From: Longimicrobiales bacterium
GTDB taxonomy: Bacteria; Gemmatimonadota; Gemmatimonadetes; Longimicrobiales; Gaopeijiaceae
Assembly (NCBI GenBank): GCA_965198065.1
Contig: CBDAON010000004.1
Span: 2,208,001-2,272,000 of the forward strand
Length of the DNA: 64,000 nt
Reading direction: 5' to 3'
Below are positions 1 through 11,504 of the stretch, piece after piece. The position numbers and the translations under genes were made by a program. How positions within the stretch are numbered: position 1 is the first letter of the stretch; each line of letters starts with the position of its first letter. Below the pieces are notes generated by a model. That model had not been told where the DNA came from. It ran no database searches and saw only the letters and a program-made list of their open reading frames with translations.

Positions 1-239
1 TCGTGCGGGCCGCCGAGAAGACGGGCGCGACGGTGAAGGGGCCCATACCGCTTCCCACGAAGCGGGAGCGCTGGACGGTGCTCCGCGGGCCGCATATCGA
101 CAAGAAGTCGAGAGAGCAGTTCGAGCTCCGGACGCATAAGAGGCTGATCGACATCATAGACAGCCGTACGGCCACGGTAGACGCGCTCACGAAGCTCGAG
201 CTTCCAGCCGGCGTGGACGTCGAGATCAAGGTGGACTGA
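1..239 (+). CDS. rpsJ: 30S ribosomal protein S10 (5'-partial)
   Basis: GPIPLPT...[17 protein letters not shown]...[10 protein letters not shown] motif; first gene of the S10 operon. Confidence 0.97.
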   Translation, partial: VRAAEKTGATVKGPIPLPTKRERWTVLRGPHIDKKSREQFELRTHKRLIDIIDSRTATVDALTKLELPAGVDVEIKVD

Positions 240-290
240 GGCAGGGCGATGCCGAGCGGCACCTGCAGGAATGGCGAGGGGAAGGGAGCC

Positions 291-908
291 ATGGCGGGAA
301 TCATCGGGCGGAAGGTCGGCATGATGCGGGTGTTCGACGACGAGGGAATGGCCGTCCCTTGCACAGTCGTCGAGGCCGGGCCGTGCCCCGTGGTCCACGT
401 CGTGGACAGGGAGGACGCCGGCTATCGCGCGGTCCAGCTCGGGTTCGGGAGGAAGAAGGCAACGCGCTCGAGCATGGCAGAGACGGGTCACGCCCGGCGC
501 GCGGGGCTGGACTACGCTCCCTTCGTGCTCCGCGAGTTCCGCTTCCCGGGGGACGCGTCCACGGAGTCCGGACAGGAGCTCACCGTAGATCAGTTCTCAC
601 CCGGGGATCGGGTGAAGGTGACGGGGAAGTCCAAGGGACGCGGCTTCCAGGGGGTCGTGAAGCGGTACGGGTTCGCTGGGCGCCCCGCCTCGCACGGGCA
701 CCCGATGTCCCGGAACCCCGGCTCCATGGGCCCGGGGACCGACCCCTCGAGGACGATCAAGGGGAAGCGGCTCCCGGGGCGTATGGGCGGGACCCGGACG
801 ACGGTAAGGAACCTTCTGGTCGTGAAGGTAGACACCGAGCGGAACCTCCTTTTCGTGCGGGGAGGGCTTCCGGGCCCGCTGAACGGCCACCTCTTCATCA
901 CCAAGTAA
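291..908 (+). CDS. rplC: 50S ribosomal protein L3
   Basis: GIIGRKVGM, SKGRGFQGVVKR, KGKRLPGRMG; ATG at 291 after GGAG. Confidence 0.97.
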   Translation: MAGIIGRKVGMMRVFDDEGMAVPCTVVEAGPCPVVHVVDREDAGYRAVQLGFGRKKATRSSMAETGHARRAGLDYAPFVLREFRFPGDASTESGQELTVDQFSPGDRVKVTGKSKGRGFQGVVKRYGFAGRPASHGHPMSRNPGSMGPGTDPSRTIKGKRLPGRMGGTRTTVRNLLVVKVDTERNLLFVRGGLPGPLNGHLFITK

Positions 909-912
909 TCCC

Positions 913-1566
913 ATGGCGAAAGCGCGTTATTACAAAGCTGACGGGAAGAAGGGCCGGGCGCGGGAGCTCCCCTCGGAGCTCTTCGACGACGAGGTGAACG
1001 AGGCGGTCCTGCACCGGGTCGTGAAGGCTCATCAGTCGAATCAGCGTCAGGGAACCGCCTCGGCGAAATCCCGGGGCGAGGTGCGGGGCGGAAGCCACAA
1101 GCCATGGAGGCAGAAGGGGACGGGTCGGGCGAGGCAGGGGACCATCCGGGCGCCACACTGGCCGGGCGGGGGGCGAGCGTTTCCGCCCCAACGCCACTCG
1201 TGGCGCGAGCGGGTCCCGAAGAAGGTGAAGGCGCTCGCCCGGCGCTCCGCCATGTCTGCCCGCGCGGGAGAGGATCGGGTCGTGCTGGTGGATCCCCTCG
1301 ACTACGAGAAGCCGGCGACTGGGCAGCTCGTGAGGTACCTCGAGGGGATCGACGCGCTGGGAAAGGTTCTCCTGCTCACGGACGGTGTGAAGCAGAACCT
1401 CGTGCGGTCAGGCCGGAACGTGCGCGAGCTCAAGGTGCTCCCCTTCGGGGAGGAGTCCACCTACGACATCCTGTGGGCCGGAACCGTCGTGATTGAGCGC
1501 ACGGCCGTCGAACGGCTCGCCGAGGCTGCCGAGACGGATGAGGACGGAGAGGCCGCCGATGCGTGA
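913..1566 (+). CDS. rplD: 50S ribosomal protein L4
   Basis: [26 protein letters not shown] motif. Confidence 0.97.
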   Translation: MAKARYYKADGKKGRARELPSELFDDEVNEAVLHRVVKAHQSNQRQGTASAKSRGEVRGGSHKPWRQKGTGRARQGTIRAPHWPGGGRAFPPQRHSWRERVPKKVKALARRSAMSARAGEDRVVLVDPLDYEKPATGQLVRYLEGIDALGKVLLLTDGVKQNLVRSGRNVRELKVLPFGEESTYDILWAGTVVIERTAVERLAEAAETDEDGEAADA

Positions 1567-1870
1567 TCTCTACGACGTGATCGTGGCGCCGGTCGTGACC
1601 GAGAAGGCCGCCGGGGAGCAGGCGGCGAGCAACGTCTACACGTTCATCGTCCACCGCCAGGCGAACAAGCATCAGATTGCCAAGGCGGTCGAGGCCGTGT
1701 GGGACGTCGAGGTCGAGGCGGTTTGGACCGCGAGATATCAGGGGAAAGCCCGCCGGGCCATGCTAGGAAGGATGTCGGCACAGGCTCCCGTGGGGCGGAG
1801 GCCTGCCTACAAGAAGGCGAGAGTTCGCCTGACCGAGGGCGACAGCATCGAGTTCTACGAGGTCGGGTGA
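1559..1870 (+). CDS. rplW: 50S ribosomal protein L23
   Basis: [17 protein letters not shown]...YTFIV...ANKHQI...YKKARVRL; gene order. Confidence 0.93.
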   Translation: MRDLYDVIVAPVVTEKAAGEQAASNVYTFIVHRQANKHQIAKAVEAVWDVEVEAVWTARYQGKARRAMLGRMSAQAPVGRRPAYKKARVRLTEGDSIEFYEVG

Positions 1871-1889
1871 GAAAGCGCGGGAGACGACG

Positions 1890-2729
1890 ATGCCGCTGAA
1901 GAAATTCAAGCCAGTTACGGCCGGTAGCCGGTTCCGGGCAACGGTCGAGACCTCGGAGATCACGCGGCACGAACCCGAACGGTCGCTCACCGAGGGGCTC
2001 TCCCAAAGCGGCGGGCGGAACCACCACGGCCGCATGACCACGCGGCGGCGCGGCGGGGGACACAAGCGCCTGTACCGGAAGATCGACTTCCGGAGGGATA
2101 AGCTCGAGGTTCCGGGACGGGTCACCGAGATCGAGTACGATCCGAACCGCACGGCGTTCATCGCCCTCGTCTCGTATGCCGACGGAGAGAAGCGCTACAT
2201 CCTCCAGCCGCGCGGGCTTAAGGTCGGGGACCAGGTGATCGCCGGTCAGGCGGCGGACATCGTCGTGGGGCACTCGCACAAGTTGTTGCGGATCCCGCTC
2301 GGCACCGTGGTCCACAACGTGGAGCTCAAGCCCGGAAAGGGCGGCCAGCTGGCCCGCTCCGCGGGCTCGGGAGTGACGGTTGTGGCCAAGGAGGGGGATT
2401 ACGTCACCGTGCGCCTGCCCTCGAGCGAGGTGAGGCGGCTCCGGAACGAGTGCACCGCCACGATTGGTCAGGTGGGGAACGTGGACCACGAGCTCCGGGT
2501 GCTGGGCAAGGCTGGGGCCAACCGCTGGCAAGGGCGCCGGCCCAAAGTCCGTGGGGTGGCCATGAACCCGGTCGACCATCCGCTGGGCGGTGGTGAGGGT
2601 CGCTCGTCGGGCGGCCGCCCTCCGTGCAGCCCCTGGGGCAAGCCGGAGGGGGTGAAGACACGGAAGGGGAACAAGGACTCCACGAAGAACATCCTTCGGG
2701 GACGTCGCCGTGGGAAGGCGACGCAGTAA
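1890..2729 (+). CDS. rplB: 50S ribosomal protein L2
   Basis: [30 protein letters not shown]. Confidence 0.98.
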   Translation: MPLKKFKPVTAGSRFRATVETSEITRHEPERSLTEGLSQSGGRNHHGRMTTRRRGGGHKRLYRKIDFRRDKLEVPGRVTEIEYDPNRTAFIALVSYADGEKRYILQPRGLKVGDQVIAGQAADIVVGHSHKLLRIPLGTVVHNVELKPGKGGQLARSAGSGVTVVAKEGDYVTVRLPSSEVRRLRNECTATIGQVGNVDHELRVLGKAGANRWQGRRPKVRGVAMNPVDHPLGGGEGRSSGGRPPCSPWGKPEGVKTRKGNKDSTKNILRGRRRGKATQ

Positions 2730-2780
2730 GGAGACGGGCGCGAGGCCGGAACCGGCTGCGCCCGAGCACGGAAGGCGCCG

Positions 2781-3077
2781 ATGCCACGTAGCGTAAAGAA
2801 GGGACCGTACATCGCCGAGAAGCTGCTCCTCAAGGTGCAGGTGATGAACTCTCGGAACGAGAAGCGCGTGATCAAGACATGGTCGCGCTCGTCCACGATC
2901 TCTCCCGACTTCGTCGGGCACACGATCGCCGTGCACAACGGGAACAAGTTCGTCCCGGTGTACATCACCGAGAACATGGTGGGGCACAAGCTGGGTGAGT
3001 TCTCCCCGACGCGGCTCTTCCGCGGGCACGGGGGAAGGCTCTCGGACAAGAAGGTGAAGCCGGCCGGGCCGGCCTGA
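2781..3077 (+). CDS. rpsS: 30S ribosomal protein S19
   Basis: [10 protein letters not shown]...TWSRSSTI...[11 protein letters not shown]. Confidence 0.98.
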   Translation: MPRSVKKGPYIAEKLLLKVQVMNSRNEKRVIKTWSRSSTISPDFVGHTIAVHNGNKFVPVYITENMVGHKLGEFSPTRLFRGHGGRLSDKKVKPAGPA

Positions 3078-3153
3078 CTGCCGGGCGGTCCGGGAACGAG
3101 CGAAGCGCCGTACAAGCGCGACGCGAAGGACAGGCGAGGACGAGGAGAAGGCG

Positions 3154-3543
3154 ATGCGCGCGAGGGCCGTTTCGAAGTACATCCGCATGAGCCCCCGAAA
3201 GGTGCGGCTCGTGGTGGATCAGATCCGGGGCGTCCCCCTGAACGAGGCGTACGCGCTCCTCCAGTTCTCGAAGAAGGCGGCCGCCGTCCCGGTTGAGAAG
3301 GCTCTCCGCTCTGCGGTCGCCAACGCGCAGTACAGGGGAGAGAGTCAGGGCAACGTGGTGGATGCCGACGAGCTGGTGGTGCGCGAGGCGTACGTGAATG
3401 AAGGACCGACGTTCAAGCGATACCGCGCGGCGGCGATGGGGAGGGCGACTCCGATCCGGAAGCGGACGAGCCACATCACAGTCGTCGTGGACACGAGGGC
3501 CGGTCTGGGTGATGAGCGCGGTCGTGCGGAGGGAGTGAGCTGA
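3154..3543 (+). CDS. rplV: 50S ribosomal protein L22
   Basis: YIRMSPRKVRLV...SAVANA...KRTSHITVVV. Confidence 0.97.
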   Translation: MRARAVSKYIRMSPRKVRLVVDQIRGVPLNEAYALLQFSKKAAAVPVEKALRSAVANAQYRGESQGNVVDADELVVREAYVNEGPTFKRYRAAAMGRATPIRKRTSHITVVVDTRAGLGDERGRAEGVS

Positions 3544-4203
3544 ATGGGACAGAAGACGCACCCGATTGGGTTCCGGCTGGGCATCACGAAGGAGTGGAGG
3601 TCCAACTGGTATGCCGAGAAGGATTTCCCCGGGCTCCTCCGGGAGGACGAGACGATCCGGCGCTATCTCGAGCGGCGGTTGGTCCACGCGGCGCTCTCCT
3701 CGATCTACATCGACCGGAAGCCGTCCAAGATCGTGGTCACGATTCACACGGCCCGCCCGGGGGTGGTGATCGGGAAGCGTGGGGCGGAGGTGGACAAGCT
3801 CCGGGACGAGCTGGGTGTCCTGACGAACGCCGAGGTGTCGGTGAACATCGAGGAAGTGAAGCGTCCGGAGCTCGATGCGAGGCTCGTCGCGGACAACGTG
3901 GCGCACCAGATCCGGAACCGGATCTCGTTCCGCCGCGCGATGAAGCGAGCGCTCCAGTCCGCGCAACGTGCGGGAGCCGAGGGCATCCGGATCAAGTGCT
4001 CCGGGCGCCTGGGCGGGGCCGAGATCGCGCGGACCGAGGGGTACAGCGAGGGGCGGGTGCCCTTGCATACGCTTCGGGCGGACATCGACTACGCGAACGT
4101 TGAAGCGCAAACGACCTACGGAACCGTGGGCGTCAAGTGCTGGATCTTCCTCGGCGAGGTCGTGGACGAGCGGCGCGGCCGCACGTACTCGACCGACGTC
4201 TGA
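3544..4203 (+). CDS. rpsC: 30S ribosomal protein S3
   Basis: [36 protein letters not shown]. Confidence 0.98.
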   Translation: MGQKTHPIGFRLGITKEWRSNWYAEKDFPGLLREDETIRRYLERRLVHAALSSIYIDRKPSKIVVTIHTARPGVVIGKRGAEVDKLRDELGVLTNAEVSVNIEEVKRPELDARLVADNVAHQIRNRISFRRAMKRALQSAQRAGAEGIRIKCSGRLGGAEIARTEGYSEGRVPLHTLRADIDYANVEAQTTYGTVGVKCWIFLGEVVDERRGRTYSTDV

Positions 4204-4224
4204 TCGTCAACGGGGATCGCGACC

Positions 4225-4647
4225 ATGTTCTCACCGAAGCGCGTCAAGTTCCGGAAACAGCACAAGGGCCGGATGCGTGGGGCCGCTCAGCGGGGGAATC
4301 GGGTCTCCTTTGGCCAGTATGGGCTCCAGGCTGTCCAGGCGGCGTGGATTTCGAGCCGGCAGATCGAAGCCGCCCGTATCGCGATGACCCGGCACATCAA
4401 GCGGGGCGGCAAGATCTGGATCCGAATCTTCCCCGACAAGCCGACTACGTCGAAGCCCGCCGAGACCCGGATGGGGAAAGGGAAGGGAAACCCCGAGGGC
4501 TGGGTGGCCGTGGTGAGACCGGGCCGCATGATGTTCGAGATGGAGGGCGTCGACCGGGCCACCGCCGAGAAGGCGATGCGCCTGGCCGCCGCGAAGCTCC
4601 CGATCAAGACGCGTTTCGTGATCCGGGACGAGGAGCTGGGAGGGTAA
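4225..4647 (+). CDS. rplP: 50S ribosomal protein L16
   Basis: [13 protein letters not shown]...RIFPDKP...ETRMGKGKG. Confidence 0.98.
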   Translation: MFSPKRVKFRKQHKGRMRGAAQRGNRVSFGQYGLQAVQAAWISSRQIEAARIAMTRHIKRGGKIWIRIFPDKPTTSKPAETRMGKGKGNPEGWVAVVRPGRMMFEMEGVDRATAEKAMRLAAAKLPIKTRFVIRDEELGG

Positions 4648-4651
4648 GGAC

Positions 4652-4870
4652 TTGACCGCGGCGGACATCCGGGAGATGACGGATCAGCAGATCCGCGAGC
4701 GCATGGGCGAGCTCCGCGAGGAGCTGTTCCGGCTGCGTGTGCGGAGCGCGATGATGTCGCTCGAGAACCCGCACCTGCCGAGGCAGGTGCGCCGAGAGAT
4801 CGCGCGGATGAAGACGATCCTTGGGCAGCGCGAGCTCGGAGGCCAAGCGGGCGAACGGGAGAAGAGATGA
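4652..4870 (+). CDS. rpmC: 50S ribosomal protein L29
   Basis: TTG start after AAGGA; ELFRLR...LENPH...[12 protein letters not shown]. Confidence 0.93.
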   Translation: MTAADIREMTDQQIRERMGELREELFRLRVRSAMMSLENPHLPRQVRREIARMKTILGQRELGGQAGEREKR

Positions 4871-5181
4871 GCGACGACGTCGCGAGGGAAGGGTCCGCTC
4901 CGGGCACGGAGGCCGCGACCGCCCGCGGGAGCGGGAGGAAGGTGCGGCAGGGGAGGGTGGTCAGCGACAAGGGTCGGAAGACCGTTGTTGTCCGCGTGGA
5001 CCGTCGCATCCGGCACCCGCTCTACCACAAGTCCCTGGTGCGCTCGAAGAAGTATCACGCCCACGACGAGAAGGACGAATACCGGGTCGGAGACGTCGTG
5101 AGGATCCAGGAGACACGCCCCCTCTCCAGGATGAAACGTTGGTGCGTGATCGAGCTGGTCGAGCGGCCGGCCCGGGCGTAA
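4867..5181 (+). CDS. rpsQ: 30S ribosomal protein S17
   Basis: GRVVSDK..KTVVV...HPLY.K...KKYHAHDE...ETRPLS. Confidence 0.96.
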   Translation: MSDDVAREGSAPGTEAATARGSGRKVRQGRVVSDKGRKTVVVRVDRRIRHPLYHKSLVRSKKYHAHDEKDEYRVGDVVRIQETRPLSRMKRWCVIELVERPARA

Positions 5182-5228
5182 CCGCTGGACCGAAGCGTGG
5201 GCGGCTGAGGCGATAGGAGCCCCGAGCG

Positions 5229-5597
5229 ATGATACAGCAGGAGTCGATCCTCCGGATCGCGGACAACACTGGCGCCAAGCGGGCGCTCTGCATCCGCGTT
5301 CTCGGAGGATCCCGTCGTCGCTACGCGCGCGTCGGGGACGTGATCATCGTGACGATCAAGGACGCGATCCCCAACGCCGGCGTGAAGAAGGGTGAGGTCG
5401 CGCGCGCCGTGATCGTGCGGACCGCGAAGGAGATCCGGCGCAAGGACGGCTCTCACATCCGCTTCGACGACAACGCGGCCGTGCTGATCACCGACACGGG
5501 TGAGCCTCGAGGGACCCGGATCTTCGGCCCTGTGGGCCGCGAGCTGCGTGACAAGAAGTACATGAAGATCGTGTCTCTGGCTCCCGAGGTGCTGTGA
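5229..5597 (+). CDS. rplN: 50S ribosomal protein L14
   Basis: [17 protein letters not shown]...[13 protein letters not shown]...SLAPEVL. Confidence 0.98.
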   Translation: MIQQESILRIADNTGAKRALCIRVLGGSRRRYARVGDVIIVTIKDAIPNAGVKKGEVARAVIVRTAKEIRRKDGSHIRFDDNAAVLITDTGEPRGTRIFGPVGRELRDKKYMKIVSLAPEVL

Positions 5598-5962
5598 TGC
5601 GGAAGAAGGAGGCCCCCTCCGAGAGGAAGAAGCCACGGATCGTGAGGGGCGACCGCGTTCGCGTGATTCGCGGGAACTTCCGCGACATGGAGGGACGGGT
5701 CCTGCGCGTTGACCGCAACGAGGAGCGGGTCGTGGTGGAAGGCGTGAATATGAGGAAGCGGCATCGGCGGCCGTCGCCAAAGGATCCCGAGGGCGGGATC
5801 ATGTCGTTCGAGGCGCCGATTCACGTCTCGAATGTGATGCTGATCGATCCGTCCTCGGCCGAGCCGTCACGGCTCCGCACGCGGGTGGACAAAGACGGCA
5901 CGAAGGAGCGGATCGCCGTCAAGTCGGGGAACCCGGTTCCGCGCCTGCAGGGTGGGGTCTGA
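5597..5962 (+). CDS. rplX: 50S ribosomal protein L24
   Basis: KOW motif [20 protein letters not shown]. Confidence 0.96.
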   Translation: MRKKEAPSERKKPRIVRGDRVRVIRGNFRDMEGRVLRVDRNEERVVVEGVNMRKRHRRPSPKDPEGGIMSFEAPIHVSNVMLIDPSSAEPSRLRTRVDKDGTKERIAVKSGNPVPRLQGGV

Positions 5963-5964
5963 GG

Positions 5965-6666
5965 ATGGCGAAGAAGACGAGCGAGAAGGGCGACAAGGCC
6001 GAAAAGCGGACAGCTTCCAAGAAGAAGGGGTCCGGGTCGGCCAAGGGCTCCGCCAAGAGAGGCGGTGAAGCCCAGAGCGCCATGCCGCGGGATGAGGCCC
6101 CGGAGCCGAGGCTTCTACAGCACTACCGGGACCGGGTGAAGCGCAAGCTCCTGGAGGAGTTCCGGTTCAAGAACGACCATCAGGTGCCGCGCGTGGTCAA
6201 GGTCGTGGTCAACGTCGGCATCGGGGACGCCAGTCGAAACCAGAAGCTTCTGGACTCCGTGGTGGCGGAGCTGGCGTCGATAAGCGGTCAGAAGCCGGTG
6301 ATCACGCGGGCCCGGAAGTCGATATCGAACTTCTCGCTCCGCGAGGGCGTGCCCGTGGGCGTGTCGGTCACGCTCCGGAAGGGACGCATGTACGAGTTTC
6401 TGGACCGCCTGATCAGCGCGGCCATCCCACGCGTCCGGGACTTCCGTGGCGTGCCGACGCGGTCGTTCGACGGGCGCGGGAACTACACGCTCGGCGTGAA
6501 GGAGCAGATCATCTTCCCGGAGATCGAGTACGACGCCGTCGAGAAGGTGCACGGAATGGACATCACGGTCGTGACCTCGACGGACCAAGACGCCGAGGCG
6601 TACGCGCTCCTCCGCGAGCTCGGCTTTCCGTTCCGGGGCGAGACACCGGTCCCGATCCTGGCGTAA
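5965..6666 (+). CDS. rplE: 50S ribosomal protein L5 with Lys/Ser-rich N-terminal extension
   Basis: [34 protein letters not shown]. Confidence 0.97.
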   Translation: MAKKTSEKGDKAEKRTASKKKGSGSAKGSAKRGGEAQSAMPRDEAPEPRLLQHYRDRVKRKLLEEFRFKNDHQVPRVVKVVVNVGIGDASRNQKLLDSVVAELASISGQKPVITRARKSISNFSLREGVPVGVSVTLRKGRMYEFLDRLISAAIPRVRDFRGVPTRSFDGRGNYTLGVKEQIIFPEIEYDAVEKVHGMDITVVTSTDQDAEAYALLRELGFPFRGETPVPILA

Positions 6667-6680
6667 GGAAGGAAGATTCG

Positions 6681-6866
6681 ATGGCGAGAAAGGCCCTGAT
6701 CGAAAAGTCGAAGCGGAAGCCCAAGTTCGGGGTGCGTGCGCGACACCGCTGCAACCGATGCGGGCGTCCCCGTGGGTTCCTGCGTAAATTCGGGCTCTGC
6801 CGGATCTGCTTCCGAGAGTTGGCGCTCAAGGGGGAGATCCCGGGGGTCCGGAAGGCGAGCTGGTAG
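6681..6866 (+). CDS. rpsN: 30S ribosomal protein S14, short zinc-binding (type Z) form
   Basis: 61 aa; CNRC...[15 protein letters not shown]. Confidence 0.97.
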   Translation: MARKALIEKSKRKPKFGVRARHRCNRCGRPRGFLRKFGLCRICFRELALKGEIPGVRKASW

Positions 6867-6880
6867 GGGATACGCGCGAC

Positions 6881-7273
6881 ATGATGACCGATCCGATCGC
6901 AGACATGCTCACGCGGCTCCGGAACGCCGCGCAGGCGGGGCACCGCTGGGCCGACATGCCGGTGTCCAAGCAAAAGGTCGAGGTGGCCCGGATCCTCAAG
7001 GAGAACCACTTCGTCTTCGACTACAAGCAACTGGACGACGGCCGTCACGGGGTGCTTCGTGTCTACCTCAAATACCACGAAGGCCAGCCGATCATCCGCC
7101 AGCTCAAGAGGGTGTCCACGCCGGGGCGGCGTCGTTACGTCGGGGCGGGCGAGATCCCCAGGGTTCGAAACGGCCTCGGAATGGCCATCCTCTCCACCTC
7201 CCGGGGCGTGCTCTCGGACCGGGACGCGCGGAAGGCGGGTGTGGGCGGCGAGCTCATGGCCCTGGTCTGGTGA
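6881..7273 (+). CDS. rpsH: 30S ribosomal protein S8
   Basis: [14 protein letters not shown]...STSRGVLSD...GGEL. Confidence 0.98.
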   Translation: MMTDPIADMLTRLRNAAQAGHRWADMPVSKQKVEVARILKENHFVFDYKQLDDGRHGVLRVYLKYHEGQPIIRQLKRVSTPGRRRYVGAGEIPRVRNGLGMAILSTSRGVLSDRDARKAGVGGELMALVW

Positions 7274-7278
7274 CGGCG

Positions 7279-7818
7279 ATGTCGAGAGTCGGTCAGCGCC
7301 CGGTCGAGGTCCCCAAAGGAGTCGAGGTTCGCCTCGAGGGCCGAACCGTCTACGTGAAGGGCCCGAAGGGTGCCCTCTCGATGGAGGCGCATTCCGACGT
7401 GCGGGTGGCCGTCGAGGACGGGCAGGTTATCGTTAGCCGTCCGTCCGACCAGCCGAGGCACAAAGCGCTGCACGGTCTCACGCGATCGCTGATCTCGAAC
7501 ATGGTCTCGGGGGTCACGAAGGGGTTCGAGAGGAAGCTGGAGATCCAAGGCGTCGGTTACCGCGCGGAGAAGAAGGGCAACGGAATCACACTGCATGTGG
7601 GCTACTCGCACACGGTGACGTATCCCGCTCCCTCCGGGATCTCGCTCGAGACGCCGAGCCCGACCGAGATCGTCGTGAGAGGTCCGGACAAGGCGCTGGT
7701 GGGACAGGTGGCGGCCGAGATCCGGGGCGTGCGCCCTCCGGAGCCGTACAAGGGGAAGGGGATCCGCTATGCGGGCGAGCAGGTCCGCCGGAAGGCCGGA
7801 AAGACGGCCACCGTGTAG
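7279..7818 (+). CDS. rplF: 50S ribosomal protein L6
   Basis: MSRVG..P...GVGYRA...[13 protein letters not shown]. Confidence 0.97.
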   Translation: MSRVGQRPVEVPKGVEVRLEGRTVYVKGPKGALSMEAHSDVRVAVEDGQVIVSRPSDQPRHKALHGLTRSLISNMVSGVTKGFERKLEIQGVGYRAEKKGNGITLHVGYSHTVTYPAPSGISLETPSPTEIVVRGPDKALVGQVAAEIRGVRPPEPYKGKGIRYAGEQVRRKAGKTATV

Positions 7819-7874
7819 GAGCTGGCGACGAAGGGCTGGACACGGTGGGCGGTCGAGAACCGTAGGAGAGCGTC

Positions 7875-8267
7875 GTGAGCACGGTCAAGTACTCGAAGGT
7901 CAGAAAGAGCCGGAGCCTCCAGCGGGCCCGGCGGCATCTCCGGGTCCGGAGCAAGGTCGCGGGGAGCGCCGAGCGGCCCCGCCTCGTCGTATACCGTTCC
8001 CTCAGGAACACGGAGGGCCAGCTCGTGGACGACGAAGCCGGGAGGACGATTCTCGGCCTTTCGACGCTCGCCCCGGAGCTCCGGAGCCTTCCCAGGGAAG
8101 AGAAGAATCCCAAGGTTGCGCATGCCAAGGCCGCCGGAAAGCTCCTCGCCGAGAAGGCCCGCGAGAAGGGGATCGAGGCGGTCGTCTTCGATCGCGGGGG
8201 TTATCGGTATCACGGCCGCGTGAAGGCTTTCGCCGACGGCGCGCGTGAAGGAGGGCTCAAGTTCTGA
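7875..8267 (+). CDS. rplR: 50S ribosomal protein L18
   Basis: RPRLVVYRS...[28 protein letters not shown]. Confidence 0.97.
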   Translation: MSTVKYSKVRKSRSLQRARRHLRVRSKVAGSAERPRLVVYRSLRNTEGQLVDDEAGRTILGLSTLAPELRSLPREEKNPKVAHAKAAGKLLAEKAREKGIEAVVFDRGGYRYHGRVKAFADGAREGGLKF

Positions 8268-8800
8268 TGGCGAAGAACAGGGAGCGGAGCCGGGGTCGCG
8301 ACCGGGAGCGCGAGAGCGACGTCATCGAAACGGTGATCCACATCAACCGGGTATCCAAGGTCGTGAAGGGCGGCCGGCGCTTCTCGTTTACGGCCCTGGT
8401 GGTCGTCGGGGACAAGAAGGGACGGGTCGGCGTCTATCTCGCCAAGGCCAATGAAGTCGCCGAGGCGATCCGCAAGGGAATGGAGCACGCCAAGCGTCAC
8501 ATGGTCGACCTGAAGATCGTGAACGGCACGATCCCCCACGAGATCGTGGGGGAGTGGGGGGCTGGGCGGGTCCTTCTCCGCCCCGCCGCGCCCGGCACCG
8601 GCGTGATCGCGGGGGGCCCGGTGCGCGCCGTCATGGACGCGGCCGGCGTCACGGACATCCTCACGAAGAGCCTCGGCACGAACAACCCGATCAACGTGGT
8701 GCGGGCCACCTTGGACGGTCTAACGCACCTGGTGACTCCGGCGCAGGCCGCGCGTGAGCGCGGCGTCTCGCCCGGAGCCCTGGGGGTCCGCGGTGCCTAG
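8267..8800 (+). CDS. rpsE: 30S ribosomal protein S5
   Basis: [36 protein letters not shown]. Confidence 0.97.
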   Translation: MAKNRERSRGRDRERESDVIETVIHINRVSKVVKGGRRFSFTALVVVGDKKGRVGVYLAKANEVAEAIRKGMEHAKRHMVDLKIVNGTIPHEIVGEWGAGRVLLRPAAPGTGVIAGGPVRAVMDAAGVTDILTKSLGTNNPINVVRATLDGLTHLVTPAQAARERGVSPGALGVRGA

Positions 8801-9002
8801 GAAGTCCAAGGCCGCTCCAGGCAAGATCGCGATTACGCAGGTGCGAAGCGGCATCGGACGCCCGAAGCCGCATCGGTTGACGCTTCGAGCGCTCGGGTTC
8901 ACCCGGCATCAGCAGACGCTGGTCCACGACGACACGCCGGCGATCCGGGGGATGATCGCGAAGGTCAGGCATCTCGTCTCCGTCGCGCCCGTGGAGGAGT
9001 AA
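8793..9002 (+). CDS. rpmD: 50S ribosomal protein L30
   Basis: [11 protein letters not shown]...TLRALG...[15 protein letters not shown] start inferred. Confidence 0.93.
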   Translation: MPRKSKAAPGKIAITQVRSGIGRPKPHRLTLRALGFTRHQQTLVHDDTPAIRGMIAKVRHLVSVAPVEE

Positions 9003-9009
9003 GGGAAGA

Positions 9010-9450
9010 ATGGCCGAGCTGCACGATCTGAGCCCAGCCCGCGGATCGCACCGGGCCCGGAAGCGCCTGGGCCGAGGCCCCGGCTCGGGCACCGGCAAGA
9101 CGGCCGGGAAGGGACACAAGGGCCAGAGGGCGCGCTCGGGCGGCAAGATACGTCGAGGGTTCGAGGGCGGGCAGATGCCTCTCCAGCGGCGTGTTCCCAA
9201 GGGGGGTTTCACGCCTCTGGCCCGGGTCGAGCGCCAGATCGTGAACGTCGAGGCCCTCGAGTCGCTCGAAGCGGACGAAATCACCCCCGAGGTCCTCGAG
9301 GCGCAGGGCCTGGTGCGCTCCGCGTCCGAGCCGGTGAAGGTGCTCGGGAGCGGTGCCCTCACGCGCAAGATCAAGGTCTCCGCCCACGCGTTCAGCGTCT
9401 CCGCGCGAGAGAAGATCGAGGCGGCGGGTGGCTCGGCCACCGTGATCTGA
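9010..9450 (+). CDS. rplO: 50S ribosomal protein L15
   Basis: GRGPGSGTGKTAGKGHKGQRARSG, FEGGQMPL. Confidence 0.97.
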   Translation: MAELHDLSPARGSHRARKRLGRGPGSGTGKTAGKGHKGQRARSGGKIRRGFEGGQMPLQRRVPKGGFTPLARVERQIVNVEALESLEADEITPEVLEAQGLVRSASEPVKVLGSGALTRKIKVSAHAFSVSAREKIEAAGGSATVI

Positions 9451-9451
9451 G

Positions 9452-10765
9452 ATGGCGAATCCGATCCAGAACCTCTTCCGGTTCCCGGAGCTGAAGGACC
9501 GGATCCTCTTCACCCTCCTGCTCCTCCTGATCTACCGCGTCGGCGCCCACATCACGGCGCCGGGGATCAACCTCACGGCCCTCCAGCTCCAGTTCCAGGC
9601 TCTGGAGGGGACGCTGTTCGGGGTCTACGACATGTTCGTGGGCGGGGGTCTCTCCCGTGCGACGATCTTCGCGCTCGGAATCATGCCCTATATCTCTGCC
9701 TCCATCATGTTCCAGCTTCTCGCCGCGGTCTTCCCGACCATCGAGAAGCTTCAGAAGGAGGGAGAGGAGGGCCGTAAGAAGCTCACCCAGTGGACCCGGT
9801 ACACGACTCTCGGGCTCTGTATCATGCAGGCCTACGGGTACTCGGCTTTCGTGGCTGCGATTCCCGGGGCGGTGGTGACCCCGGGGTTCACCTTCACCTT
9901 CAGCACCGTGGTTTCCCTCACCGTGGGGGGCATGTTCATCATGTGGCTGGGGGAGCAGATCACGGAGCACGGGGTCGGGAACGGGATGTCGCTCCTCATC
10001 TTCTTCGGGATTGTGGAGGGTCTCCCCGCAGCGGTCCTGAGGACGTACGAAGCACTGTCGGTGGGTGAGATCGGACTCTTCTCACTGGTGGCGCTTCTCG
10101 CCGTGCTTGTCGGGATTACCGCGGCCGTCGTCTCAATGACGATGGGCGCACGCCAGATTCCGGTGCAGATTCCCAGGAAGGTGGTGGGTCGGGGGCGAGT
10201 TCAGGAGGGGCAGAAGTCGTACGTGCCGATCCGCGTGAACGCCTCGGGGGTGATGCCGATCATCTTCGCCCAGTCGTTCATCATCGTACCCGGCACGCTC
10301 GCGGCGTTCTCGACGATGCAGATCTTCCGTGACATCGCGAATGTCTTCCAGCCGGGAAGCGGCTGGTATTATGTGACATACGGGATCCTCGTCGTCTTCT
10401 TCACCTACTTCTATACCGCGATCATCTTCAACCCGGTCGATCTCGCCGAGAACCTGAAGAAGCAGGGGGCGTTCATCCCCGGCGTGAAGCCCGGGGCGCG
10501 CACGGCCGAGTACATCGACCGTGTGCTCACGCGCGTGCTGGTGCCCGGGTCCATCTACCTGGCCGTCGTCGCGCTCGTTCCGTTCTGGATCTTCGACATC
10601 TTCAACATCCAGACCTTTTTCTTCGGGGGGACGGGGCTCCTGATAAGCGTGGGCGTGGGACTGGACACCGTCCAGCAGGCGCAGCAGCACCTCCTGCTCC
10701 GTCATTACGATGGATTCATGAAGAAGGGCCGCGTCCGGATGCGAGGGCGGCAGAGGTACGTTTGA
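9452..10765 (+). CDS. secY: Preprotein translocase subunit SecY
   Basis: FALGIMPYISASI, WLGEQITEHGVGNG, GVMPIIFA; multiple TM segments. Confidence 0.98.
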   Translation: MANPIQNLFRFPELKDRILFTLLLLLIYRVGAHITAPGINLTALQLQFQALEGTLFGVYDMFVGGGLSRATIFALGIMPYISASIMFQLLAAVFPTIEKLQKEGEEGRKKLTQWTRYTTLGLCIMQAYGYSAFVAAIPGAVVTPGFTFTFSTVVSLTVGGMFIMWLGEQITEHGVGNGMSLLIFFGIVEGLPAAVLRTYEALSVGEIGLFSLVALLAVLVGITAAVVSMTMGARQIPVQIPRKVVGRGRVQEGQKSYVPIRVNASGVMPIIFAQSFIIVPGTLAAFSTMQIFRDIANVFQPGSGWYYVTYGILVVFFTYFYTAIIFNPVDLAENLKKQGAFIPGVKPGARTAEYIDRVLTRVLVPGSIYLAVVALVPFWIFDIFNIQTFFFGGTGLLISVGVGLDTVQQAQQHLLLRHYDGFMKKGRVRMRGRQRYV

Positions 10766-10841
10766 GGCGGCGGGCCACGCCCTGCTCGGGGCCTTGCGGG
10801 CGACGCCCGGTGCGCGGAGCGGGCCGGAGCCGTCGAGCCTG

Positions 10842-11504
10842 ATGGTCGTGGTCCTGCTGGGCCCTCCGGGAGTGGGGAAGGGCGCGCAGGGGGAGCTCCT
10901 CGCCGAAGCGCTCGGGTGGGAGCGCCTCGTCACGGGCGACCTGCTGCGTGCCGCGCGGCGTCAGGGCACGGAGCTGGGGAAGAAGGCGACGTCGTACATG
11001 GACGCCGGAGACCTCGTCCCGGACGAGTTGATCGTCGCGCTGGTCCAGGAAAGGCTTCAAGGTATCCCGACCGACCGGGGCGTTGTCTTCGACGGCTTCC
11101 CCCGGACGGTCCCCCAGGCCGAAGCACTCTCCGCTGCCCTTGCCGGCGCGGGACGGGACGTGGACGGCGTGCTGGTCCTCGAAGCGCCCGACGACGTGCT
11201 CGTGAAGCGGGTCGCGGGTCGGCGGAGCTGCCCCAAGTGCGCGCGGGTCTACAACATACACTTCGACCCCCCGCGCGTAGAGGACCTCTGTGACGGGTGC
11301 GGCGGGCGGCTGGATCACCGCGAGGACGACACGCCCGAGACGGCGGGCCATCGCCTCGAGGTGTATCGGGAGCTGACCGAGCCGCTCATCGCATACTACG
11401 AGGGAGGGGCGGCTCCCATCCTCCGCGTGGACGGGAATCTCCCGCTCGAGGTCGTGCGGGAGGCGGTTTGGCAGACGCTGGTCGACGAGCTGGAGGTCGG
11501 ATGA
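10842..11504 (+). CDS. adk: Adenylate kinase with Zn-binding LID
   Basis: GPPGVGKG P-loop, TGDLLR, DGFPRT, CPKC...CDGC. Confidence 0.96.
   Translation: MVVVLLGPPGVGKGAQGELLAEALGWERLVTGDLLRAARRQGTELGKKATSYMDAGDLVPDELIVALVQERLQGIPTDRGVVFDGFPRTVPQAEALSAALAGAGRDVDGVLVLEAPDDVLVKRVAGRRSCPKCARVYNIHFDPPRVEDLCDGCGGRLDHREDDTPETAGHRLEVYRELTEPLIAYYEGGAAPILRVDGNLPLEVVREAVWQTLVDELEVG

Noticed and set aside
1644..3188. Long antisense and alternate-frame ORFs here and throughout (e.g. 37001-38857, 30603-32129)
   Set aside because: Arg/Pro/Gly-rich shadow frames of high-GC genes with no recognisable motifs
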